From IMG/VR virus record IMGVR_UViG_3300045988_124250: a DNA stretch of 64,000 bases. One strand, 5' to 3'. Made by a program: the position numbers and the translations under genes. This document shows positions 1 through 12,017 of the stretch, in pieces. This stretch comes from a virus. Every line of letters starts with the position of its first letter. The stretch's first letter is position 1. The notes under the pieces are model-generated. The model did not search any database and was not told the DNA's origin. It saw nothing but the letters and a program-made list of their open reading frames with translations.

Positions 1-322
1 ACCTTCACCAGGCATATTATGACAAATAGTTGAAGAGACGATCCCAGTTTCATTATACTCAGGATCGCCTCCCCATTCTAACAACAAGTCATAAATATTA
101 TCGGTAGTAAGTTTTTCCCGGATTTCTGACTTGTCGAATACAACCATTAGTCAACAATCACTTTCACGCATTTGCGTAGAAGATTTAGATTGGTGTTTAC
201 ATATTCAATCAGAATATCCTGTGGATTCTTGCGAGGTCCTTTATAACTTTTAATCAGCTCTGTAGCCTGACGCTTAGACATCTTATACTCAATTTGACCA
301 GCTTTTTCCATAATTATTCTCC

Positions 323-1855
323 TTAAAACGCACTTTCTTCTTCAAAATTAATTTTTATATCATCTATTGGGACTAACTCATACCCATAAGTAGTGCAAAA
401 CATAGGTTTAACTCTACAAGTTCCTAAATCTGCTTTACACCACAAATATACACCTTTATATCGGCCACGTCTATTTTTATAAACTGACATTTTTATTGTT
501 GGAATTTCAAAAATATTTGTTTGTAAAATATCATTTAATGCTACTAAATCATCATCTTTTACAGGCAATAAAATTGAACCATAGTCAATTTTATCCGCAA
601 TAGCTTTTGCTCCTCGTAAGAGATTTTGATCTGGTGTTTCTGCATCTTGATAAGCACCATTTAACTGAGTGGCTGACATAATAAATACACCATATTGATT
701 ACAAATATCTTTTAATTTAGTTGATAGCATAAATAAGATATTATCTTCACGCAATTTAACGCCACCACTACGACGAGTAATTTCTTCAAGAATTTTTAAA
801 CTTGTATGAATATAATCATGAAATACATATTTTACTTCATGGTCGCGAATACCTTTTTTAATTTCATTCTCAACATCCATTAGAGAAAAATCAGGTAATT
901 CACGAATATAAATGGGACTAGACGCAATAATTTTACCAGCTTCTAATACTCGTTCTTCTTCATCACCAACATATAATTTTGTATTCAAAATATGCTCTTC
1001 ATTAACATTTGATAAAAATGCTAACATCATAGTTTGAATTTCACTAATTTCTTGTTCTGTGGTAATATATAAAACTGGTTCACAAATACCATTTCTAATC
1101 CAACCAAATGTTTCATCATAAATTTTATTACACCCAAGATTACAAGCATCGGCAATCATTGAACGAGTTTTTCCAATGCCAGAAGGGGCTGAGCGCAAAT
1201 AAAATTTCTTTAATCTGGCCCCACGGGTCACTGTATTGACAAGTGATCCGTATAATGGTGAACCAATTTCTGGATGTTCTTTTAGAGAATCAAGCAAATC
1301 AAAAATTCCATGACCGGCTTGTACCGCAACACCCTCTACATTATTTACATATTCATATTTGATTGTTTCAATTCTATCATCAACTAATTTTGCAATATTT
1401 TCTAATGAGGAATTGTCTAAATTATCTTCTTGTAATTGTTTTTTCTCAACATCTAAAATATTATCAGGGTCATAAATAAATGATACATCTACACCATAAT
1501 TATCATATGCTCTTAATAGAGACATTTTCTTTAAACGACTATAATAATAATCAAATGATAATGGTTTTGCTGTATCCGCAATATTTAGAAGCCACTCTTC
1601 ACCTTTATTAGCTTTATATATACCTTGATATTTTGGACGAGAAGATAAAAAATCATTAATATTTTCTAAGGTAACTTTTTCAGCACCTAATTCATGAATT
1701 TTATAAATAGCTCCAAATACAACTCTATGAAATTGATCTGGGAAATCTTCTTCGGTTATTGAATATTTATCAGTAAAATCAAGTAATTGCGGAGAATTAT
1801 AAACACATCCAATTACTTGCATTATTGCAGTTGGGTCGACATATTTAGATGCCAT
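323..1855 (-). CDS. dnaB: replicative DNA helicase (DnaB family)
   Basis: 510-aa ORF; Walker A RSAPSGIGKTRS with DnaB-like N-terminal region; AAGGAG RBS upstream. Confidence 0.7.
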   Translation of the reverse strand: MASKYVDPTAIMQVIGCVYNSPQLLDFTDKYSITEEDFPDQFHRVVFGAIYKIHELGAEKVTLENINDFLSSRPKYQGIYKANKGEEWLLNIADTAKPLSFDYYYSRLKKMSLLRAYDNYGVDVSFIYDPDNILDVEKKQLQEDNLDNSSLENIAKLVDDRIETIKYEYVNNVEGVAVQAGHGIFDLLDSLKEHPEIGSPLYGSLVNTVTRGARLKKFYLRSAPSGIGKTRSMIADACNLGCNKIYDETFGWIRNGICEPVLYITTEQEISEIQTMMLAFLSNVNEEHILNTKLYVGDEEERVLEAGKIIASSPIYIRELPDFSLMDVENEIKKGIRDHEVKYVFHDYIHTSLKILEEITRRSGGVKLREDNILFMLSTKLKDICNQYGVFIMSATQLNGAYQDAETPDQNLLRGAKAIADKIDYGSILLPVKDDDLVALNDILQTNIFEIPTIKMSVYKNRRGRYKGVYLWCKADLGTCRVKPMFCTTYGYELVPIDDIKINFEEESAF

Positions 1856-2204
1856 TCACACCCTCCTCTTCATCTAAAAATGAAAATAAGTTTTTCTTAT
1901 ATGGTTTCCGTTGAGGTATTGGTATAGTTATTTCTTGAACTTGTGGAACATATAATGAGATATTTTTATCTTCATTTCTTTGTTTTATCATCCATAAGTT
2001 ATAGTAATAATTATAGGCATCTTTATATATCCAAGGAATTATACCAACTCCGCCATTTGCTTTTTCGACGGAATTCCCTTTAATTTCATAAAAATATATA
2101 AGGGCTTTTAACATACCTGAATAAGTATAATTATATTCTTCTACATATTGGTTTAATTGTTTCCGCACACGAGGATTAATATAATTTTCTCCAAGTAGTT
2201 TCAT
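1845..2204 (-). CDS. hypothetical protein; the frame continues upstream through an in-frame TAG (2351-2353) into a CxxC...HPQC zinc-finger-like N-terminus (to ~2385)
   Basis: 119-aa ORF overlapping helicase start; upstream same-frame codons KCFYCG-TAG-IFDRDKFPYVQVGTRRYAHPQCAG. Confidence 0.4.
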   Translation of the reverse strand: MKLLGENYINPRVRKQLNQYVEEYNYTYSGMLKALIYFYEIKGNSVEKANGGVGIIPWIYKDAYNYYYNLWMIKQRNEDKNISLYVPQVQEITIPIPQRKPYKKNLFSFLDEEEGVNGI

Positions 2205-2410
2205 TATATATTGCTCTAATTCAGTCTTATCTTTATCCTCTTCTGGAGGCTTAATAATTTCTTTTTCAGAAGTGACACCAGCACATTGAGGATGAGCATA
2301 ACGACGAGTTCCAACTTGAACATATGGAAATTTATCTCTATCGAAAATCTATCCACAATAAAAACATTTTACTTTATGCGCTATTTTCAATCACTCCTTT
2401 CAATACTTCC

Positions 2411-2449
2411 TTATATAAATATTATATCATAAAAATGGATAAAAATCAA
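2411..2449 (-). promoter_or_regulatory. promoter repeat: TTGATT-N17-TGATATAAT (extended -10)
   Basis: forward aatcaa(2444-2449)...attata(2421-2426). Confidence 0.55.
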
Positions 2450-2487
2450 CCTGAGGCGGATTTGAGTTCGCCTCAGGTCAATATTAA

Positions 2488-3498
2488 TTATTCAGTAACA
2501 GTTTTTGCCTCAATGGTTGGCATTAAATCTTCCTTAATCTCAGTTACAATCAAATCAATCAATTCAGCTTGGTCGATTGTTGCATCATTAACTTTCTTGC
2601 CCTTACCCAAATATTTATCAACAATCTGAGTGACGCGAGGAGTGTAATATGCCTGATTTTTAGCCATTAAAGTACCAACCAATTCCTGGAACTCTTCACG
2701 CAGAGCATCATAATCATAAGTCTTTGCAATAGATACTACATCACGTGCATCAGTGACAAACTTATTATCATGCATTCCAGCTTCCTTATCAATAGCCTTA
2801 TTTAGAGCATTTACCAAATTCTCATAAGTAAATTCAATTACAGGCTCGATATAACGGAAACGGCATCCAGTCTCAGCGCTATTATCAGGAGAACGCAGAA
2901 CCAAGCGAACCTTAGCCTCGCCATTCTCAGTATATTTCTCAGCATAGGCATAAATATCAGCCATATCCTTGGCAATATTATTATAAGAACTAGGACAAGT
3001 AGGAATAATCTGGTTATATTCAACACCAGCCTTAGTCTTAAATGTCTTATCCTTGCTATGAGAAATAAATACTACAGCATATCCTAACTAAGTAATAGTG
3101 CGGAATACTTCCTCGAATTCCTTTTTCACCATATTCCAGCCCTGTCCATAAGGGATACCAGACAGAGCATCAACGCCGTTCTGAGAGCAAATATACTTCT
3201 CACAAAGCGCACCAGCAATATCAACCGTATCAACGGCGATAGACTTAAATCTCTCTTTTACTTCTGGCTTCTTCAACTCACGAAGAGTTTGCTTCATTTC
3301 GCCCCAAGTGGTAATATCCTGAGCGATAACACCAGGCAGAGCATTATAGCCACGCTCAAATGCCAGAATCAGAGGGGATGGCATATGAGAAGCAAATGTA
3401 GTTTTACCACTCTTCTCAGCGCCATAAACATATGTAATATAACCAGACAGGTCACGACTAACCTTGTGAGGCTGTAGAGCCATCAAATCAATACCCAT
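2488..3498 (-). CDS. RecA-fold ATPase (Sak4-like/AAA family), one 336-codon frame containing in-frame TAG at 3088-3090
   Basis: ORFs 3088..3498 and 2488..2964 share a frame and are joined by TAG plus 41 sense codons; Walker A GAEKSGKTT; VVFISH strand motif after the TAG. Confidence 0.6.
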
Positions 3499-3646
3499 TA
3501 TTTTTTCTCCTTAATATTCTTATCTTGTTCAAATGGTTTTAAAACTTCGTTTAATAATTCGTAGTCAATATAAAATTCATCATAATAAAGGGGCATTTCT
3601 GAACGATGGCCCCGAATTGGGGCCTCGTTATCTGAATGGCTCATTA

Positions 3647-4582
3647 TTAGAAATTAAATTCTGCCTTAGAAGAAGCAGCAGCTGGAGTAGTCTGGCCCTT
3701 AGAAGCCTTATACTCATCACGACGCTGTTTCATAGTTGCCAAATAAGTTTCACGGTTTGCAATCGCTGTAGTCAACTCAGAAGCAAGAATAGTATCTTCA
3801 CTATCCCACTCATAAGGCTCTTTGGCTGCACCAGTAATTACGAAATCCTTGCGGGTGCTCTGGACCTCACGTACAGAATCTTCACCAAATGCAGACTCTT
3901 CACGAATCTCACGCTTAATGACCTCAGATACCTGACGACCCCAAACCTTAGTGAATACAGGATTAGAAGTAGTAGCTCCCAAATCTTCAAAATAAGCCAT
4001 AGCACCAGCATTAGTAGCGGTGAACTCAACAGGCAAAATTTCATTACGGAAATTAAATACAACACCCTTAACGACTGCCTTTTCAGGGATCTTACGCTCA
4101 TCATCGGCGTCAATATGAGTTACCTGAGTAATAACCATATCACATTTAAATGTATTGCGCTGAGTTTCATCTTCAGTAAGAACATTAGTAGTATGAACGA
4201 ATCCACCTTCATTAGTCTTTACACTAACAAGCTCTTCCTTACCATTACGGTCAGTATAAAACTCATTCAAACCAATAGCAGAATCAACACGAAGTTTAGC
4301 AGCTTTATCCGCGCCATCCTGCATATATGTTCCTACTACACCATCAATAATATTCTGAAGCAGAGAATAGGTAGCATTCGCTCCACCCTTTGCAGTCTTC
4401 TCAGTTACATAGGTAAAATGAACAGGAACAATATTAGTCATAGCATCATCAGTTGCAATACTAATAGTTCCAGAAATAAAATTAGTTCCGGGAGCTTTAG
4501 AGTTAGGGCCAGTTACCTTAGCCTCTAGAGCATGCTCGTATAGAATTCCTTCAATGTGAGTCTCATTCTTTACTTTCATCAT
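3647..4582 (-). CDS. hypothetical protein (311 aa) in replication/recombination module
   Basis: long ORF, no diagnostic motif recognised. Confidence 0.4.
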   Translation of the reverse strand: MMKVKNETHIEGILYEHALEAKVTGPNSKAPGTNFISGTISIATDDAMTNIVPVHFTYVTEKTAKGGANATYSLLQNIIDGVVGTYMQDGADKAAKLRVDSAIGLNEFYTDRNGKEELVSVKTNEGGFVHTTNVLTEDETQRNTFKCDMVITQVTHIDADDERKIPEKAVVKGVVFNFRNEILPVEFTATNAGAMAYFEDLGATTSNPVFTKVWGRQVSEVIKREIREESAFGEDSVREVQSTRKDFVITGAAKEPYEWDSEDTILASELTTAIANRETYLATMKQRRDEYKASKGQTTPAAASSKAEFNF

Positions 4583-4601
4583 AATATTATATTCTCCTTA
4601 A

Positions 4602-4961
4602 TTAATCAACAATTTCAAAATTCTTACCTTTATCTGTTAATACATAAATTACGGGGTCTTGACCCACTTTTTCTACAAACCCATCAGAAACAAGTTTTCT
4701 GAAAGCGCCAGACACTGCTCTAGATGAAATTACCAATCCTTCGGCCACTTCACGAGCTTTAACCATTGGCATTTCTGGATGTTCCCGCATCCACAGAATA
4801 ATTTTTTTACCATTTTCTGTGAATGTTGGTTTTTCAATCTCTTCAGTTTTTCTAAACGATTCCCAATAAAAGTGAGCATCTTCATTCATTTCTACTGGAT
4901 TATTTTTTGTAGCTTCAATCAATGTCTCAACATATTTAATAAATTCAATTTTTTTACTCAT
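4602..4961 (-). CDS. winged-helix (MarR-like) DNA-binding protein
   Basis: 119 aa; ISSRAVSGAFRKLVSDGFVEKVG recognition-helix-like segment. Confidence 0.45.
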   Translation of the reverse strand: MSKKIEFIKYVETLIEATKNNPVEMNEDAHFYWESFRKTEEIEKPTFTENGKKIILWMREHPEMPMVKAREVAEGLVISSRAVSGAFRKLVSDGFVEKVGQDPVIYVLTDKGKNFEIVD

Positions 4962-5251
4962 AATTAATTTTAATTAACTCACTTTCTCTTACTTTATATA
5001 AATATTATATCATTTTTTTTAAATAAAATCAAGAATTAGTTAATTAATAGTTCCTGAGCATATGGCAGAGTTTCTATCCATCTACAAAATGCTCGCCACT
5101 CAGGTAGACGATGATCTTTTCGTTGCATATAAATATTTCTTAAACAACGATAATTAGTAGTCATTCGCGCTGTTAGCATAAATCCAGCAGGATTAGAATA
5201 GAGAATTTCTAGATATGCATCTTTTAACCATTCAGTTAAATCTTCTCTACG

Positions 5252-5686
5252 CTAATCATCTTTAGGGAATGAATCTCTAAGATCAGTAATTTTATTATAT
5301 TCCTTGACTTTAGATTTCATAATTTCAATAATGCGCGAATCAACATATTTATTATATTGGTTATCTAAATCAAATTTAGTAATACGATGCATTGTAGACT
5401 GTGAAGATACAAATTCAAGGAATCTATAACGTTCTGCTTCTACCCAAGCTTTATTACTAAATGTTAAATCAAAATTAACCCGAATACCAGTCATAAATTG
5501 AGCATGTGCTCCATTACCAGTTTTCGTAGCATTTACCAAATTTTGGCAACGAGCCAAATCCTTTTCAGTAATATCCCTATCAGGAATGATAGTTCTCATT
5601 GGGTATCCAGAAGCTAGAATACTTTTTTCCAAATCATAAATATCTACATTACTTACAATATCTTTATAATCCATTTTAATCCTCAT
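5252..5686 (-). CDS. hypothetical protein
   Basis: 144-aa ORF ending in TAG then 6 codons and TGA; weak ThyX-like resemblance not trusted. Confidence 0.35.
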   Translation of the reverse strand: MRIKMDYKDIVSNVDIYDLEKSILASGYPMRTIIPDRDITEKDLARCQNLVNATKTGNGAHAQFMTGIRVNFDLTFSNKAWVEAERYRFLEFVSSQSTMHRITKFDLDNQYNKYVDSRIIEIMKSKVKEYNKITDLRDSFPKDD

Positions 5687-5951
5687 TACTTAAAGTATAG
5701 CCACTGAGATTATGCCCAAGAGACCGAACAAAACAGTCAAGTTCATCAATAAATACCATACTGCCTTTTTGATAATTTCCATTTACATAATCATAATATG
5801 AAATAAAATTAATTCCAATGATTCCATATCTTTCTGCTTTAATTCTCATAGCATCAGGATTAGAACAAGCAATAATAGCATTTTCCTCTTTGGCCAGTAG
5901 CATCAATCTACTTGTTTTTCCAGTTCCACGTTTATCAATTATTCTATACAT
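5676..5951 (-). CDS. small P-loop NTPase
   Basis: DKRGTGKTS Walker A, VFIDELD Walker-B-like; TAATG stop/start overlap with upstream gene. Confidence 0.4.
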   Translation of the reverse strand: MYRIIDKRGTGKTSRLMLLAKEENAIIACSNPDAMRIKAERYGIIGINFISYYDYVNGNYQKGSMVFIDELDCFVRSLGHNLSGYTLSNED

Positions 5952-6919
5952 TATTTTATACTATACCCAAATTCTTTGGCTTTAAAAAAATCTTGCCAAT
6001 AGTCTTCACGTTCATCTAATTTTGAACGCTCACATTCTTCTATTACTTCAAATGAAAAATTCTCTACACCAATAGCCTTCATAGCTGGGTAGAGTTTATT
6101 CTTAGTAACTGGATCAGCACCTAATCCACGTTTAATATGTTGTTTCCAACGTTCGGCTAAATTGGCCGCTTGCCCTACATAACACATCTAATTAGTTAAA
6201 TTAGTGATTTTATAAATCCCAGTATGAGTTCCAGAACCAATTACACGACCAATTAAATCTGTGGTAGGTTTTTCATAATAACATTTCCAAATAACTTTAT
6301 TAAGAGGTTCAGGATTTCGTAAATGTTTTTCAACTTCACGCAATTCTTTAATCTCGTCTAAGTCCTCTTTTGGAATTGTTAATTTATAAAAATCACTTTG
6401 AGAACGAATTTCTTCGGCTCTTTTACTTGCTTCTACAGAAGCATTTACTTTTTCAGATTGTTCTTTAATCGCCAAATCTAATTGTTCTAATTCAATTTTC
6501 TTTTGGTTAATCAAATTAGAAATAGATAGCGCGCAATCAGCCATCATTTCTTTATAATCATTCTAATACTATTCAGTTTGAGTAGTATAATAATTACTAG
6601 CATTTTCTAATGATTTATCTAAATTAGTCTATGCTATTTCCATATTTTTTTGATAAAATATGTCGGCTGATTCTTTAGCTTGCTATTCTAACGAAAAAAT
6701 ACTAGATTGAACTTCGTCTCTCTTCGCTTGAAGCGAAGCTAATCCAATCTGTAATTGTTTAGTCTCATCCTCTAGCCGCTATTTCTCACCAATTAAATTA
6801 TTATTTAATCGTTCAATATCTAAATTATACTCTTGCGTTTTTTTAATTTTAGGCTAGAGTATAAAATAGACAATAACTCCACCAAGAATGAGCGATAATA
6901 TACAAAATAAATAGGACAT
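5951..6919 (-). CDS. membrane-anchored coiled-coil GIY-YIG nuclease (~322 codons, 7 in-frame TAG)
   Basis: N-terminal hydrophobic helix SYLFCILSLILGGVIVYFIL, long heptad region, C-terminal GIYKITNLTN-TAG-MCYVGQAANLAERWKQH: the TAG (6188-6190) lies between GIY and YVG of the nuclease motif. Confidence 0.6.
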
Positions 6920-6930
6920 ATAAAATTAAA

Positions 6931-6960
6931 AGGGGTAGAAAAATCTACCCCTTATTTTAT
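6931..6960 (-). terminator. rho-independent terminator hairpin GGGGTAG-N5-CTACCCC + U-run
   Basis: GC hairpin flanked by T/A runs. Confidence 0.5.
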
Positions 6961-6968
6961 ACTATTAA

Positions 6969-7238
6969 TTACTCAGCGTCAGGAGCATCGGGGTCGAAGC
7001 TCATGCCAGCAGGAGTCAGAGACAGGAACTTAACCTGCTTATGAGTACCATCCTCCAACTCAATCTCAGCGGGAGTACGGATACCCAAACCCTTGCGCTG
7101 GATAGCGGAAGTGAAAATACCATCAACAGAACGCTTCTCAAAACCCAGAGCGTCAGCCACATCAGCAGCGGTCACGTTCTGACCATTGATTTCCTTCAAA
7201 TAATTTAGAACCTTCTTAGAATTCTCTTTCATAGCCAT
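6969..7238 (-). CDS. hypothetical protein
   Basis: 89-aa ORF, RBS, terminator hairpin at 6931-6960. Confidence 0.45.
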   Translation of the reverse strand: MAMKENSKKVLNYLKEINGQNVTAADVADALGFEKRSVDGIFTSAIQRKGLGIRTPAEIELEDGTHKQVKFLSLTPAGMSFDPDAPDAE

Positions 7239-7321
7239 AATAATAAATTCTCCTTAAAATTAAATAATTATTTTTTTCTAATTTGTGTAAATATTATATC
7301 AAAAAATTTTTTCTTTGTCAA

Positions 7322-7510
7322 GAATACGTAGCAAGAAGTTCCTGAACCATCTCGTCGATGATTGTAATATCATCAAGACTATCAACATGGCTTGATAGAG
7401 TCATAATTTCCATTTGAGCTCGTTGAATTTCATCTTGATTATCACTCGTCTAAATAATATGCTCCGCTTGAGCAATCTTTTTTGCGAGATTTTTTAGTTC
7501 TTTACGCTTC
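7322..7510 (-). CDS. small hypothetical protein (one in-frame TAG)
   Basis: RBS AAGGATG + ATG at 7510; 63 codons. Confidence 0.3.
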
Positions 7511-7570
7511 ATTTAAAAATTTTCATCCTTAATTTTTACAATCATATTATATACAATTTTTTTCGGAAAG

Positions 7571-8692
7571 TCAAAATATAGTATCTATTAGGCAGTCTTC
7601 AAAATTTTTATCATCCCTGAAACATTTAAAGAACCCATGTCGTAATGTATGGTCAGTATTATTTTTTTCCATACATTGGATTGAAACAACACGATTGAGA
7701 TACTTATCAGGATTTTTTGCGAAATCAGCTTTCAAATCATCTGTTAATCCAGATGATACAGTTCCAATTTCTACAATTTTACCCTCATTATCCAAGGCTC
7801 CAAGTCGCATAGATGTCTTCCACCCATAAAAATAGGGTTTGGTAACAGGAAACATAGGTGTTTTAATAGTAGCATAACCATTATCATCTAAATATCTACC
7901 ATGATAAAGATTATCACCTAAATCAACCCAATACTCCCAAGTATTTAATTCCTTGCCAGTATATTGTTTCGTAGCATCTTCAAACCCAATACAAATACAA
8001 TCAATAAAATCCATTTTCTTAATTTTAACTGAAGACCAAGCCGGACGTTTATCTGGCACATAAATAGCATCTTTTTTCTTGAGAACGACACCTTCTTCGC
8101 CTTTATCCAATGCGGAGGCTGTAAATTCTTGGATATTAGAAGTTTGTGCTTCAGCTAATTCTAAAAAATGGTATTGAGATAAATTAAATTTATCCCAGAT
8201 TGCTTTGAGAACCTGATAGCGTGTCCAAGCACCCTTGTCTTGTAAATCGACTCCATTATATCTAATTACATCATGGAGATAATAATGAATTAGACCGGAC
8301 GACTGCTGACGTGTAATCGCTTCAGGAGCTAAACATCCCATAATTTTAGTCACATCTTTAGACGTTTTACCTGGATAATAGATTTCTCCGATTAAGATAG
8401 TTCCAGAAGGAAGGCAATTTAATGCTACAGCAATATGAGGAACATTATCAAGTTTTTCAGTTAGAATACCAGTGTTGGCGCTTACATTACGACTGAATAA
8501 ATAGCTATGGTGCTCAGTTTTCTCAAATTGATACCAATAACCATCTTTCTTCAATTCTGCAAAATAATCGCCACTATTACAAATTTGCGAGAACATATTT
8601 TCTTTCCCGTCTGGAAGTTTCCAGATTTTCATCGCCTGAATACATTGCGCTTCAGGGGCAAATTTATCAATTAATTCTTGTGAAAAACTCAT
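7571..8692 (-). CDS. lig: ATP-dependent DNA ligase
   Basis: motif I ELKKDGYW (KxDG), motif IV EEGVVLKKKD, motif V WSSVKIKK. Confidence 0.75.
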   Translation of the reverse strand: MSFSQELIDKFAPEAQCIQAMKIWKLPDGKENMFSQICNSGDYFAELKKDGYWYQFEKTEHHSYLFSRNVSANTGILTEKLDNVPHIAVALNCLPSGTILIGEIYYPGKTSKDVTKIMGCLAPEAITRQQSSGLIHYYLHDVIRYNGVDLQDKGAWTRYQVLKAIWDKFNLSQYHFLELAEAQTSNIQEFTASALDKGEEGVVLKKKDAIYVPDKRPAWSSVKIKKMDFIDCICIGFEDATKQYTGKELNTWEYWVDLGDNLYHGRYLDDNGYATIKTPMFPVTKPYFYGWKTSMRLGALDNEGKIVEIGTVSSGLTDDLKADFAKNPDKYLNRVVSIQCMEKNNTDHTLRHGFFKCFRDDKNFEDCLIDTIF

Positions 8693-8779
8693 TACTTTCT
8701 CCTTCTTTTATCTTATATACATATTATATAATTTTTTTTCTAAAAAAACAAGTTGAGGAGCCTAAACTCCTCAACTTAA

Positions 8780-11161
8780 TTATACCTTAGTGATTGATTT
8801 AATGCGACTATTACGAATTAATTGATTACCAACAGATAGTCGACTTTGTAGAGGAATATCCTTCGCAGATACACAAATTGTTGATTTATCTCCAACAATC
8901 AATACATTATCTTCATCAGCAACCAATGTTGCTCCAACAATATCGCCACTTACATTACTGGCTTTATACCCTGCGATACCTTTACCAGCACGTTTCTGGG
9001 CGGGAAATTCGGTTAGATTAACCTTTTTACCACTACCACTCTCAGTAAAAATAGCTAGAGTATCTGTGTTATGACGAATCGGCAGTGCACTGACAATTTC
9101 ATCGCCCTCATTGAGCCCAATACCCTTTACACCGAAGGATGCGCGAGAAGTAGGTCCAATTTCATTAGAATTAAATCTAATAACATTACCCTTTTTAGTA
9201 ATTAATAGAAGTTCTTCATCCTTAATTAAGGAAACCAAGGCTAGCTTATCGCCTTCTTTAATCGAAACCGCGGCGATACCAGTTTTCTTTTTAGTTTTTA
9301 CATACTCTTCTAGAGGAGTTTTCTTAACTAGACCATTTTTACTGACAAACAGTACAAATTTGGCGTCGGTATCCCTATAAATTGAATACATTGTGGCTGG
9401 CTCTTCATCGGGCATCATATTCACCAATGCACGGATTGATAAACCCTATGATGTATTTGTTCCTACTGGAATATCATTAACCAATAGGCGATACATTAGA
9501 CCCTTATTAGAGAAAATCATTAGAGAGTCAATAGTATTAGTTCGCAATACACAAGAAGTAATATCATCTTGTGATTTTATACCCTTACCATTTTTCTTTT
9601 GAGTGCGGAATGATGTAGTAGGAATGCGCTTAATAGTTCCACCTTCTGTCATTACTACAACACACTTTTCAGGTTCGACTTCCGCAATCTCTTCTTCTTC
9701 TTTTGGAGTTGCTTCAATCTGAGTAATAACAGTTCTGCGCTCATCCCCATATTTATTTTTAATTTCTGTGAAAATTTTTCTTAATTCATCTGTTGGATCT
9801 TTAAGAATTAATGCTAATCTATTAAATTCTGCTACTAATTCTTCTTTATCGGTATTAATTTGTACTTTCTCTAATTTTGCCAAACGCGCTAACTTCATAT
9901 CAAGAATAGCTTTAGCTTGGGCTTCAGAGAGATTATACTTTTCCATTAATGAAGTTTTAGCTGTCGCAGAAGATTCAGATTGTTTAATCAATTTAATTAC
10001 ATTATCAATATCTTCTAATGCAATTAATAATCCTTCTAAAACATGAATTTTAGAAGCAATTTTATCTGAATCATATTTAGTTTTACGAAGTAAAACATCT
10101 TTTTGATGGTCAATATAAATTTCAATTAACTCTTTGAGATTTAATAACTTAGGCTTTTTATTAACTAGAGCCACCTGATTAAAACTATATGTATCCTCAA
10201 GTCGAGTTAATTTATACAATTTATTAATAATAGGATTGATTGCAATTCCTTTTGCTAATTCAATAACAAAACGAACGCCATCCTTATTACTTTCATCTCG
10301 AACTGCTACAATACCATCAAGTTTACCAGTTTCACATAATTTATCAACTTCAATAATTAAATCATCTTTTGATACCTTATATGGCATTGAAGTAAATACA
10401 ATAGTATCATAACCATTTTTACTTTCAACAGTATAATCAGCTCTTACACGAGCGCGGCCTTTACCAGTCATATAAGCATTGCGTAGTTCATCTTTATTAA
10501 TTAATGTTGCTCCAGTAGGAAAATCTGGTCCTTTAACATATTGAAGCAAATCATCAATAGAACAATCTGGCTTGTCTAGAGCGCAAATAATAGCATCCAT
10601 AATTTCAGTTAAATTATGAGGAGCAAATGAACAAGCCATAGCAACTGCGATACCAGTAGTGCCATTTACCATCAAATGAGGAATACGACCAGGTAAATAT
10701 ACTGGTTCATCTTCTATATCGGTATATGCGAGTTGCCAATCAACTGTATCTTTCTTAATATCTGCCAGCATTTCTTCTCCAATAGGAGATAGCTTACATT
10801 CAGTATAACGATAGGCTGCTTCTTGGGCGCCATCACGGGAACCATTATTACCGTGGAAGGCAATAGGAGGATAACGCATTGTCCAAGGCTGGCTTAAAAT
10901 ACATAACGCTCCATAAATAGAACTATCACCATGAGGATGAAAACGACCCATCGTATCGCCTACTGGTTGCGCGCACTTAACAAATTTCTTATTATATGCG
11001 TATCCTTTATCAAACATATCATATAAAATTCGTCTTGCTACTGGCTTTAATCCGTCTTCAGCTGAAGGAATTGCGCGGTCTGTAATTACACTAACACTAT
11101 AATCTAAAAATGATTGTTCAACTTCATGGATAATCGGTGTTTGAATAATATTATTTTCCAA
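8780..11161 (-). CDS. gyrA: type II topoisomerase subunit A (GyrA/ParC-like) with in-frame TAG at 9446-9448
   Basis: ORF 9446..11161 (GyrA N-terminal/breakage-reunion region) and ORF 8780..9427 (beta-pinwheel CTD with QKRAGKGIAGYK GyrA-box-like) share a frame, separated by TAG + 6 codons. Confidence 0.75.
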
Positions 11162-11606
11162 TCGTAGCTTCCTCCTCTCCAGTAGCCAATTTATCAGCTA
11201 ATTCATTCCATTTATGACCCGAATGACCTGAAATTTTTCTTAAATCCATTCTTAATCCCATATTATATAAACGATCAAATGCCTTAAATAAATCAACATT
11301 TTCTGGAGTTCTTTTATCTGTTGGTTTTATCCAGTTAAATGTTTTCCAATTCCACATCCAAGTATTAATTGCATTAACACAGTATGCAGAATCACTATAT
11401 ACAATTGGATTATATTTACCATATTCAGAAAATGCATATAGAATTGCTTTTAATTCTTCACGATTATTTGTTGTACCAGTTTCACAATCTTTACGATATG
11501 TAGCTATTAATTTATCATCTTTAGTAATTACAACCCCAAATCCTCCTGAGCTATTTTTTGTACCATTTCCTCGACAAGAACCATCAGTATAAATAATATA
11601 ACTCAT
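11151..11606 (-). CDS. rnhA: ribonuclease HI
   Basis: YTDGSCRGNG ... NNREELKAILYA ... HSGHKWNELADKLA RNase H catalytic motifs. Confidence 0.85.
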   Translation of the reverse strand: MSYIIYTDGSCRGNGTKNSSGGFGVVITKDDKLIATYRKDCETGTTNNREELKAILYAFSEYGKYNPIVYSDSAYCVNAINTWMWNWKTFNWIKPTDKRTPENVDLFKAFDRLYNMGLRMDLRKISGHSGHKWNELADKLATGEEEATIGK

Positions 11607-11833
11607 AGAACACCTCTTAAAAATGGATTTTGGTCGTGCTCAGAGAATATTGTGAACTCTTTAACAAAATAATTATTAATTACATTTACTGTATTATTTG
11701 GAAATAGTTTATTTAATGCCTAATGAATTTCACGGGCTTCATCTACATTAACATCTTCACCTAAATGAGCAACAATAATATCACCAGGGTATAAATTAAC
11801 TACATTAACTTTAATATTCTCACACATCGACAT
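11605..11833 (-). CDS. small hypothetical protein (one in-frame TAG)
   Basis: MSMCENIKVNV...; overlaps gyrB exon 2 stop and RNase H start. Confidence 0.3.
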
Positions 11834-12017
11834 TAGCCCTTTCTGCATATTTCTCAATAAATGCCTTACGAGGACCGACTGCTTCACCCATTAAACTAAT
11901 AAATGTGGTTGCTACTTGTTCCGCATCTTCCATAGTAATTTGCTTTAAAGTACGAGTTTCTGGATTCATAACAGTTTCTTCCATTTCATGAACATCCATT
12001 TCACCTACGTGTTATTC
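11820..12017 (-). CDS. gyrB: type II topoisomerase subunit B, exon 2 (C-terminal tail LGEMDVHEMEETVMNPETRTL...AFIEKYAERANVDV)
   Basis: matches conserved GyrB C-terminus (LGEMNPEQLWETTMDPE...EPRRAFIEENA); joined to exon 1 it restores ...FELGRMKG-LGEM... Confidence 0.6.
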
